64,000 nucleotides of DNA from Deltaproteobacteria bacterium (lineage in GTDB: Bacteria; Myxococcota; Kuafuiibacteriia; Kuafuiibacteriales; Kuafuiibacteriaceae): assembly GCA_040218735.1 (NCBI GenBank), contig JAVJQW010000040.1:16837-80836 (forward strand), read 5' to 3'. Within the stretch, counting starts at the first letter, position 1; the number at the start of each line of letters is the position of its first letter. The notes below the pieces were generated by a model. It was not told the DNA's origin and ran no database searches. It saw only the letters and a list, made by a program, of their open reading frames with translations. This document shows positions 29,929 through 38,899 of the stretch, one piece after another. The position numbers and the translations under genes are program-made.

Positions 29929-30749
29929 TAGAGCGTGATCGACGGATCCGCGTAGCCCTCACCGACGACACCGTCCGCGATGGGATAGGAACGTAGCCCC
30001 GTCGTGTCCCAGTCGTTGAAGAACGTCCCGTGGGGGTCTTCGTAGACCGAAACGACGAACGTGGCGCCCCCAGCGTCCCAGCGGGTGTCGATGATCCAAG
30101 CGGTCGTCGTCGCGCTCGGCACGACGAGCTCCGAGGACCATTGCACGCCGTCCGCCGACGTCCGACAAACGAGGCGACTCCCGGTGCGCGGGTCGGGCAT
30201 GCCGCCTGCGGTTGCCGCAGAGGGGCTCCCAGTGAAGTGGACCCAACACACGAGATACACGCCGTCCGGCGCTCGGACCGCGTGCGGCATGAAGTACCAA
30301 TCGGGTCCCGCGATCGAGCTCGCGCCGCCCGCGGAGCTCAGGAGGAGCTCGACCCCGGCGGAGGACGCACGTGAGACGATGGCGTCGGGTGCGCTGTGCT
30401 CCACGGGCATTGCTGTGTCGGGCGATGACGAGTCGAACCGAAAGTGGATCGTCACGTTGGGATCGAGCCCGTCCGGGTACACGTTGGTGCCCTCGGGCCG
30501 ACCGATGCTGGAGTGCTCGGGGCACGCGTAGCACACGCCTCCGTCATCGCAAGGCACACTCGAGCAGCCCATGGGTTCGCCAGCATCTTCCTCGCCGATG
30601 CTGGCGTCCGATGAGACACCGGCGTCGCGCGATGTCGATGCGTCGACTGGGACGTTGGCGTCTGGGCCCGTGCGGTTCGAAGGCGGTGCATCGTCGTCCG
30701 GACACGCGCTGAGCGCGAGGGCGGCGACGATCATGAACGTACGTTTCAC
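29925..30749 (-). CDS. Hypothetical lipoprotein
   Basis: Lipobox ALALSAC, DAG-rich linker, Cys pairs; start trimmed to GTG 30749. Confidence 0.7.
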   Translation of the reverse strand: MKRTFMIVAALALSACPDDDAPPSNRTGPDANVPVDASTSRDAGVSSDASIGEEDAGEPMGCSSVPCDDGGVCYACPEHSSIGRPEGTNVYPDGLDPNVTIHFRFDSSSPDTAMPVEHSAPDAIVSRASSAGVELLLSSAGGASSIAGPDWYFMPHAVRAPDGVYLVCWVHFTGSPSAATAGGMPDPRTGSRLVCRTSADGVQWSSELVVPSATTTAWIIDTRWDAGGATFVVSVYEDPHGTFFNDWDTTGLRSYPIADGVVGEGYADPSITLY

Positions 30750-30754
30750 CAGAA

Positions 30755-33160
30755 TCACGGTGAGCCTCCACAGGACGGGCTCGAGTTGTTCGAGCAGAAT
30801 CGTTCCGCGTAGCCCTCGAATGAGAATGGGCCGATTCGAATCGGTTGAATACTCACATCGGCGCAGAGGCACCCGCGCAAGTTCTCATCGGTACAACTTA
30901 GGCCGATGGGTTGTGCGACGGATCCCTCTACGACGAGGCTTGCGCTCGCGCCTGGGGTCGCGACGCTACAGTCGCAGCATGAGCCGCCCGAAAAGGCGCC
31001 GTTCGTGCCCCGGCACTGGGAGCATTCGAGCACCCGCTTGATCCATCGAGTACACAATCGCGCAAAGCCGGAGCCACCGCCGTACACCGCAGCTCCGATC
31101 TCGGCGCACACGCCACCACGGCAGTCCGCCGGGGCGTCGCGACCCCGATGCGTAAGGAGTGTTCCGGCGGCGCGTGCCTCGATGCCAACCTCGTAGGTGA
31201 GGCCGATATCGAGCCCGGACCGCTTGCGGATCCTCGACCCACTGACGAAGGCTCCGATCGTCCCGGAGAGTGTGGCGTGGCAACACTGCGTCGCCGAATC
31301 ACAGAAGGCGAGCGGGGGCTCCTCGCACCGGAGCGTCGATGAACACGTGCGCTCCAGGCTCAACCGCGCGCGCGCTTGAATTGGGGTGGGCGGTATGCGC
31401 GCTTCGATGAACCCGGTTGCCATCGACGACTCGCCGCACATGCCGTCGTCGGTTAGCTCGCTATCGAGGTCGGTCGATACTCCGATGGCGAAGATCGAGG
31501 GAAGCTCTGCCGAGAGCTCGAAGGCTGGCACGACGGCCAGGGGTGGCGGCCCGCCCATCGTACACACGGCCGTTCCGTCGACACGTCCGGATGACGGAGC
31601 CAAAAGGATGGCCCACTCGGTCGGATTCGTCAGGCTCGCGGAGAAGGCCACCGAGCCCCGATCGTTGAATCCGGTGGCTCTGCCGTCATTCGTGGAGACG
31701 GAACTGGGCGGTGACGGGTTGATGACGGCACGTACGACACCGCCGAAGTCGACGGACTCACCGTGCATCACGATCGTATCCACCGCGGCGCTGCGTGAAA
31801 CGAAGAGCCCGCTTCCGTTCGAAGTCCTGGCTCCGAAAGCCAGTTGTCCGCGACGGTTGATCGCCGGAAGGGTGTCGAGCACGCCCATCGTTTCGCTCGG
31901 GTCTCCCGGGGCCGGATCACCCGGAACCCACACGACATCGAGTGTGTTCCCGGGCGGCGCTCCATCGAGCGAGTAGCCGACACTTCCTGGTGATCCGGAT
32001 ACGAGGTAGTTCCGCGCGTCGCTCGCTCCGAGCCACGCGACCATTTGGCCGGACCCGTGGGCATGACTGCGCGCGCCCACGGATGTGATCGTTGCACCGG
32101 TCCCGGATAGTTCTTGCCCCGTGACCAATACCGCATGGCCCGCGCTTGAAACTATGCCATCGCGGAACTCGAACCCAGAGCTCGTCGGGATTCGCAACTC
32201 CGCTGCAAAATACTGGGTGCCGCCGCTCCCGAAGATAGCCGGACCTCGATTGGCGCCCGTCGAGAGGCTGTAGATGATCGACGGCTCGTCCTCCTCGTTC
32301 TTCTTCTTGGCTGGTCGAACTGGAAGTCCGGTAAGCTCATCTCCGACCAAGACACTGGGAGTTGTTCCTAGGGCGTGGTAGGTCGGGCACGGCGTCGTGC
32401 TCGTCTGCACCAGCGCTACGCGATAACCGATGTGCCGGCCGCTGCTCAGTGCGACGTCGTACAACGCGGAGACTTCGCAGTTCTCGAAGGGGCCCGGATC
32501 TCCGATTTTCAGTACAGGTGAGAGCCCGCCCCCAGAGCTTCGAAAGACGCCGTACTGACCCATCGCATCCGTTGCCATCATGGCGACGGTTCCGCTCTGG
32601 TAGCGAATGAGATCGGAATAGAAGCTCTCGACGTCGGCGCCGCGCCGAGCCATGAGTCGAGCTCCGCTGGGCGTTCCCTCGAACAGACCGACGGACTGCC
32701 CTTCGGGTAGGGCGGGGCCCCTCAGCTGCGCGAAGAAGAGGACGTGGTCATTGCGTCCGGCCCATAGACTGTCACCACGGCTGTATTGCGGAAAACTCGC
32801 GAAGACTGTGCCGGACTCCGTACCCGGCGCTGGCTCTCCTTCGCGCGCGATGAGTTTGAGATCGTCACCGACGCATCCGGCTACCCATATCGCCTCATCG
32901 TCTTGTCCCACCGTGGGGCCTGATATCGACGCGCGGAATGCGACCCGATCGTCGGGCGACAGCGCAAAGTTGGCGACGCCGGTAAAGACGGCGCCGTCGG
33001 CGGCTGGGAGTTTGGGTTCGTCGAAGGCCGCCATGCCAGGCTCGACCACGATGCAGAGGGGCTCGGCGGCGGACGACGGCGGACTGACCGTGACAGATGC
33101 AGCCACCGCGACGACTGCCAGGGCATGTCCTTCGCGAAACTGCGAGATCATGTGACCCAC
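30755..33160 (-). CDS. Secreted protein with NxxGxxAF-type tandem repeats and a Cys-rich C-terminal domain
   Basis: Signal-like N-terminus; LIAREGEPAPG, AINRRGQLAF, FNDRGSVAF repeats; many Cys in the last ~270 aa. Confidence 0.7.
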   Translation of the reverse strand: MGHMISQFREGHALAVVAVAASVTVSPPSSAAEPLCIVVEPGMAAFDEPKLPAADGAVFTGVANFALSPDDRVAFRASISGPTVGQDDEAIWVAGCVGDDLKLIAREGEPAPGTESGTVFASFPQYSRGDSLWAGRNDHVLFFAQLRGPALPEGQSVGLFEGTPSGARLMARRGADVESFYSDLIRYQSGTVAMMATDAMGQYGVFRSSGGGLSPVLKIGDPGPFENCEVSALYDVALSSGRHIGYRVALVQTSTTPCPTYHALGTTPSVLVGDELTGLPVRPAKKKNEEDEPSIIYSLSTGANRGPAIFGSGGTQYFAAELRIPTSSGFEFRDGIVSSAGHAVLVTGQELSGTGATITSVGARSHAHGSGQMVAWLGASDARNYLVSGSPGSVGYSLDGAPPGNTLDVVWVPGDPAPGDPSETMGVLDTLPAINRRGQLAFGARTSNGSGLFVSRSAAVDTIVMHGESVDFGGVVRAVINPSPPSSVSTNDGRATGFNDRGSVAFSASLTNPTEWAILLAPSSGRVDGTAVCTMGGPPPLAVVPAFELSAELPSIFAIGVSTDLDSELTDDGMCGESSMATGFIEARIPPTPIQARARLSLERTCSSTLRCEEPPLAFCDSATQCCHATLSGTIGAFVSGSRIRKRSGLDIGLTYEVGIEARAAGTLLTHRGRDAPADCRGGVCAEIGAAVYGGGSGFARLCTRWIKRVLECSQCRGTNGAFSGGSCCDCSVATPGASASLVVEGSVAQPIGLSCTDENLRGCLCADVSIQPIRIGPFSFEGYAERFCSNNSSPSCGGSP

Positions 33161-33224
33161 GATGACATGTTCAGAGATACGCGACCACGCGGGGATCGCC
33201 CATCGACGGTGCGGATATCAGAGA

Positions 33225-34193
33225 TCAACTCCGGACGGCGGCGATGGTGTCGCGGATGAGCTGCGCCATCGCGTCGTTGCCCGCGCCCGAGAGGTGCAGG
33301 CCGTCGCCGCCGTCGGTGTTCGCGCCGGCGATCTGGGACCAGTCGGCCACGAACATGTTGGGGCGGCGCGCGGCTTCCTGCGCGATGACGTCGTTGATGG
33401 CGGCGTTGCCGTCGTAATACGACTGGCCGTAGCTCGCGCCGTTCGGGCGTTGGGTTTGGGTGTTGACCCACACCACCGTCGGCGGCGGGTTCAACGTGGC
33501 GAGCTGGTCCATCGTCTCCGGAACGAAGCGCGCGTAGTCGTTGTGGTTGCTGCCGAGCTCGAGGACGAGCACGTCGGCGCCGGACTGCTCGGCCATCTGT
33601 CGGATCTCTGCGGGGGAGACGTGGTGGCCTGCGCCGCTGCCGTTGATCGCGCGTCCGCCTGCGGCGTCGATGGTGACGTCGGCGGCGCCCGCGCCGCGCA
33701 GAGCGGCTTCGGTCTGCCCGCGCGCGCCGACCATGAGGGAGTCGCCGATGACGTGGACGTCGAGGTTCTCGAGGCCCTGGCCCGGCGGGAGGTTGGACGC
33801 CGCGGTCGGTGCGGCGCTCGGCGCCGTCGTCGGCGCGGGGGCGCCGCCGCTGCCCCAGGAGGTCGGCTGCGGTCCGTTCGCGAAGCTCGCGCCCGGGAGC
33901 TGACCGGCCTGTCGGGGCGCCGCGTCCTGCCGGTGCATGTCGTTCGCGAGGTAGTCGATCAGCAGGCTCACGAGCGCCGCGGTGGCGAGCGCCTCGAAAA
34001 ACTGCATCGGGTCCTGCTGCTGCTGAAGCCACGCCTGGATGTCGTCGTCGGGCGCCGCGCCGATGGTCGCCTGATCCTCGGGTGCGAAGAGCTGCGGGAG
34101 CGTCTGCTCGGCCGGCAGCAGGTCGGCCCACGGCTGCGCGGGGCCCCATAACCAAGGGTTCAGGACGCCGAAGTCATTCGCGCGCGAGACCAT
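33225..34193 (-). CDS. SGNH/GDSL hydrolase (OatA C-domain-like) with N-terminal extension
   Basis: IGDSLM, GGR, LGSNH, DGLH blocks; Q/P/A-rich N-terminus without a signal peptide. Confidence 0.85.
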   Translation of the reverse strand: MVSRANDFGVLNPWLWGPAQPWADLLPAEQTLPQLFAPEDQATIGAAPDDDIQAWLQQQQDPMQFFEALATAALVSLLIDYLANDMHRQDAAPRQAGQLPGASFANGPQPTSWGSGGAPAPTTAPSAAPTAASNLPPGQGLENLDVHVIGDSLMVGARGQTEAALRGAGAADVTIDAAGGRAINGSGAGHHVSPAEIRQMAEQSGADVLVLELGSNHNDYARFVPETMDQLATLNPPPTVVWVNTQTQRPNGASYGQSYYDGNAAINDVIAQEAARRPNMFVADWSQIAGANTDGGDGLHLSGAGNDAMAQLIRDTIAAVRS

Positions 34194-34248
34194 GCCGACA
34201 CGATGCCGGATGGTGTGGGTGAGTGTCGCTTACGCGGCGAACGTAAGG

Positions 34249-35262
34249 TCAGCGCCAGCCGTCGAGCGCGCCGGGCTTCACGCGGAGGTACAGCGCGCCG
34301 AACGTGTGGATCGCGCTGGTCGCCATCACCACGTGCTCCCCGACGTCGCGCCCCGCGGCGACCGCCTCGCGGAGGACGACGAACGGGTCCGCTGCGCCGA
34401 GGTGGCCGTAGCGGTCGAGCGTGCCGAAGGTTTGCTCGGGACCGAGGCCGATCGTCTCGCGCACGGCGGCGATCACCTTGGGGGCGGTCTGGTTCGTGAG
34501 CAGGAAGTCGGGTCGCTCGATGCCGGCGGCTTCACACACGTTGCGGATCGAACGCTCGTAGCTCGTGATGTAGACCGGCTTGAAGACTTCGACGAACTGC
34601 TCGCGGTCCGTGCACTGACGGCAGTGCATCCCTTCGCGCAGCGTCTCTTCACTCGGCGGGTTCCTCGTCCCGCCGGCCGGGATGAAGAAGTAGTCGTTGA
34701 GGTGCGGGTACGTGACGAACGACGCCGGCCCGATCTCGATACCTCCGCCCGCCCGCACGACCGCAGCCGCGCCGCCGTCCGCGTGACCGAGGGCCTGCGC
34801 GGGGCGCGTGCGTTCGTAGTCGATCGACGGCGTCCATCGCTCGGCCGCGACGATCAGCGCCGCGCGCGGTGTCGACGCGCACCACTTCTTCGCGATGTCG
34901 AGCCCGGTGAGGCCGCCCGCGCAGCCCGCCGCGAGGTCGTAGCCGAAGCCGTCGCGGATGCCGACCTCGTTCATGATCTTCGCGGCCATCGACCACGACG
35001 GGACGTAGTCGCGGCTGATGCTCACGCAGATGACGAGCCCAACGTCCTCGGGCGCGACCCCCGCGTGCTCCAGCGCGCGGCGCGCAGCGGCCGCGCCGAT
35101 CGTGGAGGGGTGATCGTCGGGGCCGCCAATCGCCTTCTCGCCTAGGCCGAGCTCCTCGCGGAGGACCTGCTCGTCGATGCCCGACCGGCGCGCGATCTCC
35201 GCGGCGGTCATCCGCCCCTCGGGGACGTGCACTCCGATACCCGCGATGCCGGCGCTCTCCAT
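34249..35262 (-). CDS. KAS III (FabH)-like thiolase-fold enzyme with non-canonical triad
   Basis: IAGIGVHVP, DLAAGCAGG (catalytic Cys), IPAGGT; NQTA replaces HQAN; GHLGAAD replaces GNT. Confidence 0.88.
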   Translation of the reverse strand: MESAGIAGIGVHVPEGRMTAAEIARRSGIDEQVLREELGLGEKAIGGPDDHPSTIGAAAARRALEHAGVAPEDVGLVICVSISRDYVPSWSMAAKIMNEVGIRDGFGYDLAAGCAGGLTGLDIAKKWCASTPRAALIVAAERWTPSIDYERTRPAQALGHADGGAAAVVRAGGGIEIGPASFVTYPHLNDYFFIPAGGTRNPPSEETLREGMHCRQCTDREQFVEVFKPVYITSYERSIRNVCEAAGIERPDFLLTNQTAPKVIAAVRETIGLGPEQTFGTLDRYGHLGAADPFVVLREAVAAGRDVGEHVVMATSAIHTFGALYLRVKPGALDGWR

Positions 35263-35298
35263 GGTCGTGTTCGAGTCTGCGCGGGATCGGACGAAACG

Positions 35299-36552
35299 TC
35301 ACGCGCCGCCGAAGACACCTTCGGCGAGTGTCCCGGCGCGTTCCATGCGCGGGTGCGCGTCGACCTCGCCGAGCAGCGCCTCGGAGGCGAGGACGGTGTC
35401 GAGCTCGAGTGTGTTCTTGATGCGCACGATGCGAGCGTCGGCGGGCGCGAGCCCGACGAGCGACCTCAGCGCGAGGTCGACCGCGATGCGTTCGGACGGC
35501 GCGACCACCGGGAGGCGCCCGGCTTCGATCACCGTCGAGCCGACGACGTTGGTGTACGTCGTCTTCCAGTCGATCGCTTCGAACAGCCGGTTGGTGATCA
35601 CGTCGACGAGGCCCACGCCGATCGCGTTGCCGTGGCTCGCTTCGGTGAGTCGCGTGACGACGATGCGTTCGATGAACGGCGCGAGCGCGCCGCGGACCGC
35701 GCCCTGTTTGCGGTCGGCGACGAGCGCGTCGAAGCCGGCACCGCTGATGTCCTTGCCCATCTCCTCGATCACGAGGACGTCGAGGCGGTCGAAGAGGAGG
35801 CGCCCCATCATCTGGCGGGCGACCTCGAGGAGCTCCGGCTCGCGGTCGAACATCCGCGCGCCCGCGAGCACCTCCGCGTCGGCGATGTGTCCGTAGGCGT
35901 CCTCGACGAGCGCGACGCCGAACAGGAACGGCGTCGCCGCGACGATCGTCTTCGCGACCTCTTCGAGGACGCCACAGAACGCGTCGGCCGGGACGTTCCC
36001 GTGCAGCGTCGACGCGCTCATGCGTTTGCCGGTCCCGACCGCGAGCATCTTCACGAGCCCGCTCTCGACGCGGCCGTGGAAGTGCGTGTGCGGTTTGATG
36101 CGGTTGACGAGGACGATGCCGTCGGCGTCGAGCGCCTCCGCGCCGACGTGTACGTCGAGGCCGCGCACCTGGCCGACGACCTTCGTGTCCATCGTGGCGC
36201 GGACCGGCGCGCCGACGGAGACCTCGTCGACGCCGAGCGCGGCGAGCACTTCGATCTGGCCGTCCGCGGTCGCGGCGCCGTGGGTGCCCATCGCGGGGAA
36301 GACAAACGGCTCGGCACCGGCGCGTTTCAGCTGTTCGACGACGGCGCCGACGATCGAAGCGATGCCCGGGATGCCGCGGCTGCCCACGCCGACGGCGATA
36401 CGTCCTGCGGCCTTCGGCTGCAGCGCGCCGATCTGCTCGGCGATGTGCCGCGCCGGATCTTCGAGCTCACGGCGTTCGAACGTCTGACGCACCGAGGCCA
36501 TGCGCGGCAGCGCGCGCGGCGCGCCCCAGTCGAGATCGAGATCGGCGAACAC
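35299..36552 (-). CDS. LarA-like / DUF362-type domain protein
   Basis: VGVGSRGI, PAMGTHG, NRIKPHTHF, ESGLVKM, GKDISG, SHGNAIGVG. Confidence 0.82.
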   Translation of the reverse strand: MFADLDLDWGAPRALPRMASVRQTFERRELEDPARHIAEQIGALQPKAAGRIAVGVGSRGIPGIASIVGAVVEQLKRAGAEPFVFPAMGTHGAATADGQIEVLAALGVDEVSVGAPVRATMDTKVVGQVRGLDVHVGAEALDADGIVLVNRIKPHTHFHGRVESGLVKMLAVGTGKRMSASTLHGNVPADAFCGVLEEVAKTIVAATPFLFGVALVEDAYGHIADAEVLAGARMFDREPELLEVARQMMGRLLFDRLDVLVIEEMGKDISGAGFDALVADRKQGAVRGALAPFIERIVVTRLTEASHGNAIGVGLVDVITNRLFEAIDWKTTYTNVVGSTVIEAGRLPVVAPSERIAVDLALRSLVGLAPADARIVRIKNTLELDTVLASEALLGEVDAHPRMERAGTLAEGVFGGA

Positions 36553-36554
36553 GG

Positions 36555-37088
36555 CTACAGCTCTAACAGGCGTTCGACCCCTTCGACGATCTGCTCGGCG
36601 CGTCGTTCGAGGAGCGCGTCGGAGACGTTCTGGATCGGGTGGTCGAGGACGATGCGCGGGAACGTCGCCTCGGGGCGCCAGTGGGAGAGGTGGCGCTCGA
36701 GCACGTCGACGAACGGCTCCGTCACGACGACGACCGCCGCTGCGCCTTTCAGGTGAAGTTGAACCGCGTCGAGCGAACCGCCCGCTGAGCAGCTCCCTCA
36801 GTCGAAGACGCCGAGGATCAGGAGGCCCTGCTCCTCGGCGATGCGCTCCAGGGTGTGGTCGCTCTCGCGACGGGTGATGCGCGCCTTCTTCGTGAGCCCG
36901 GTGATCTTCACGCCGCGCGCTTCGAGGCGGCGGCCGACGTCGTCCAGGATGCGGCGCGAGTTGGGTTTGCCGGAGTCGACGAAGTGCACCTCGCGGGTGT
37001 TCTTCGGCGTGTGAATCGGGAGCGGACGCGGGCGCGGCGTGGGGTTCGGATCGATCAGGATCTCACACTGCGGTTCGAAGTCGCGCAT
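36555..37088 (-). CDS. UGSC-family selenoprotein (Sec at the in-frame TGA, 36800-36798), 177 aa
   Basis: Minus strand GTC TTC GAC TGA GGG AGC TGC = VFD-U-GSC. The frame continues GSCSAGGSLDAVQL...VVVVTEPF...IVLDHPI...EQIVEGVERLLEL to TAG at 36557-36555, 2 nt before the next gene's start. Confidence 0.88.
36764..36797 (-). promoter_or_regulatory. Putative bacterial SECIS element
   Basis: After UGA: GGGAGCUGCUC AGCGGG CGG UUCGCU CGACGCGG. A stem-loop with a G-containing apical loop about 17 nt downstream of UGA. Confidence 0.6.
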
Positions 37089-37095
37089 CAGCAGG

Positions 37096-38133
37096 TCACC
37101 GAGTCCGGTCCATGATGAAGACCTCCGCGTCCGGTCGCAACTCGACGGCGTGGGTGATGTTGCCGACCCACCCCGGGATCACCGCGGAGAACTTCCCCGC
37201 GGCGCCGCCGGACTCGAGGAACGTGAGCTGCTCGTAGGACCGCAGCGGCGAGCGCGGCGCTTCGGGGTCGACGGACATCCGTGGATCCGGATCGGCGGGG
37301 ACCCGACCGAGTCGAACCAGCTCCGGGCCGGGGCGCTTCGAGTGTTCGAAGACGAAACGCCGCGCGTCGTCGCGATCGAAGGCCTCGCAGATCAGGCTCG
37401 CGTGCTCGGGTGCGAGCACGACGGTGTAGCCGCCCGTCTGCCAGTAGAAGTTGGTGGAGCCGTAGTGGGCGATCGTCCCGGCGATCGTCTCGAGGAGTAT
37501 CTCGGCGCTCGACGCGTAGTGGTTGTTGACGCTGTTCGGCCCCTCCGCGGCGGTGATGGTGATCGCGGATTGCTCGGGGTCGAGGCCGAACTGATCGTGA
37601 TACCGCGTCCACCGCGTCTGTTCGTGCTCCGCGACGCAGAACGAGATGCGCCCCGGGTGACCCAGCACGCCGAATTCTTCGAGGATGCCGCCGGCGCGCC
37701 CGCAGAAGTGACGCACCATGTTCGCGAAGCGCCCGACGGTGAGGTTGATGCGCGCGCTGCCGCCGAGGGTGTTCGCGCCGCTCGCGAAGCCGAGCTCTTG
37801 GACGATCGGCCCGCTGACGATCACCAACACCGCGCACCCGCCGGTCGTGACGGCGACGCCGTTGATGTTGAAGCTCGGCGCGAGCAACAGCCGAGTGAGC
37901 GGGCGTAGCACCGGCGCGTATTCGTCGCGGCACCCAGCCATCACGGCGATCGCCGCGACCTGGATCGCGCGCACTTCGAGCCCGTAGTCGTCGAGCTCGA
38001 CGAGGGTCTCGGTCGCCGACCACCCCAGCGCCGCGAGCATCGATTCGACGCGGCTCCCGTAGGGCGGGACGACCGGGAGGCCGTCGCTCCACCCGCGTTC
38101 GAAGCAGGCTTCGATGTCGTTGTCGAGCGCCAC
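37096..38133 (-). CDS. UGSC-associated protein of unknown function
   Basis: GWSDGLPVVPP, AVMAGC, VIVSGPI, TVGRF, EGP motifs of the family commonly found next to UGSC genes. Start trimmed to GTG 38133. Confidence 0.8.
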   Translation of the reverse strand: MALDNDIEACFERGWSDGLPVVPPYGSRVESMLAALGWSATETLVELDDYGLEVRAIQVAAIAVMAGCRDEYAPVLRPLTRLLLAPSFNINGVAVTTGGCAVLVIVSGPIVQELGFASGANTLGGSARINLTVGRFANMVRHFCGRAGGILEEFGVLGHPGRISFCVAEHEQTRWTRYHDQFGLDPEQSAITITAAEGPNSVNNHYASSAEILLETIAGTIAHYGSTNFYWQTGGYTVVLAPEHASLICEAFDRDDARRFVFEHSKRPGPELVRLGRVPADPDPRMSVDPEAPRSPLRSYEQLTFLESGGAAGKFSAVIPGWVGNITHAVELRPDAEVFIMDRTR

Positions 38134-38205
38134 GGTCGTCGCGTCGATTATGACTTCTCGGCTCCCCCAGTCCAATGGACGACGTTCTGCGGTAGGCTGC
38201 GCGCG

Positions 38206-38898
38206 ATGCGCACCGTGACGATCGCCGACCGCTTCCGAGGCCCGCCCGACTCTGCAAACGGCGGGTATGCGTGCGGCGTGGTCGCTGCGGCGCTCGAGAC
38301 GTCCGAGCCCGTGCAGGTCACGCTGCGGAGCCCGCCTCCGTTGGATACGCCGCTGTCGATCGTCGAGGTCGAGGGCGGTGTTGAGATGAAACACGGTGAG
38401 ACAGTCGTCGCCGAAGGGCGTACGAGCACGCTCGATCTCGAGGTGCCGGCGGCCGTGGATCGCGCGACGGCCGAGGTCGCGCAGAAGAACTTCGTCGGGT
38501 TCGAGAACCACTTCCTCCCGACGTGTTTTGTGTGCGGAACGAAGCACGAGCAAGACGGCTTGCGCATCTTCCCCGGGCGCGTCGAAGGGCGCGAGCTCGC
38601 GGCGGCTCCGTGGGATCCGACGCCGGACCTCTACGAAGGCGGGCGCATCGCGTCGGTGTTCATGTGGTCGGCGCTGGACTGCCCGTCGTGCTTCGGCGCG
38701 TTCATCACCGAGCCGGTGCTGCTCGGACGACTCGTCGCGCAGATCGACGAGCGGCCGCCCCAGGGGGAGAAGCTCGTCGCGGTGGGGTGGCCCATCGAGC
38801 GCGACGGGCGAAAGATCTTCGCGGGCTCGGCGATCTTCGGCGAGGACGGTCGGGTCTTGGGGAAGGCGTTCGCGACCTGGATCGCGTTCAAGCGCTGA
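38206..38898 (+). CDS. Double hotdog-fold thioesterase-like protein
   Basis: RFRGPPDSANGGY, LRSPPPLD, CFVCG, ALDCP, DGRKIFAGSA. Confidence 0.85.
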   Translation: MRTVTIADRFRGPPDSANGGYACGVVAAALETSEPVQVTLRSPPPLDTPLSIVEVEGGVEMKHGETVVAEGRTSTLDLEVPAAVDRATAEVAQKNFVGFENHFLPTCFVCGTKHEQDGLRIFPGRVEGRELAAAPWDPTPDLYEGGRIASVFMWSALDCPSCFGAFITEPVLLGRLVAQIDERPPQGEKLVAVGWPIERDGRKIFAGSAIFGEDGRVLGKAFATWIAFKR

Positions 38899-38899
38899 C

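Noticed and set aside
34194-34209. GG-N10-GC element upstream of the SGNH gene
   Set aside because: The -12 GC directly abuts the in-frame ATG, and the ATG at the expected distance is out of frame; probably chance.
34229-34247. Hairpin CTTACG-N7-CGTAAG after the FabH-like gene as an intrinsic terminator
   Set aside because: Short stem and no U-tract; too weak to call.
36798-36800. TGA as a true stop or a nonsense mutation (pseudogene)
   Set aside because: The UGSC context, downstream hairpin and intact continuation to the next gene favour selenocysteine. The sel genes are not in this window, so this is not proven.
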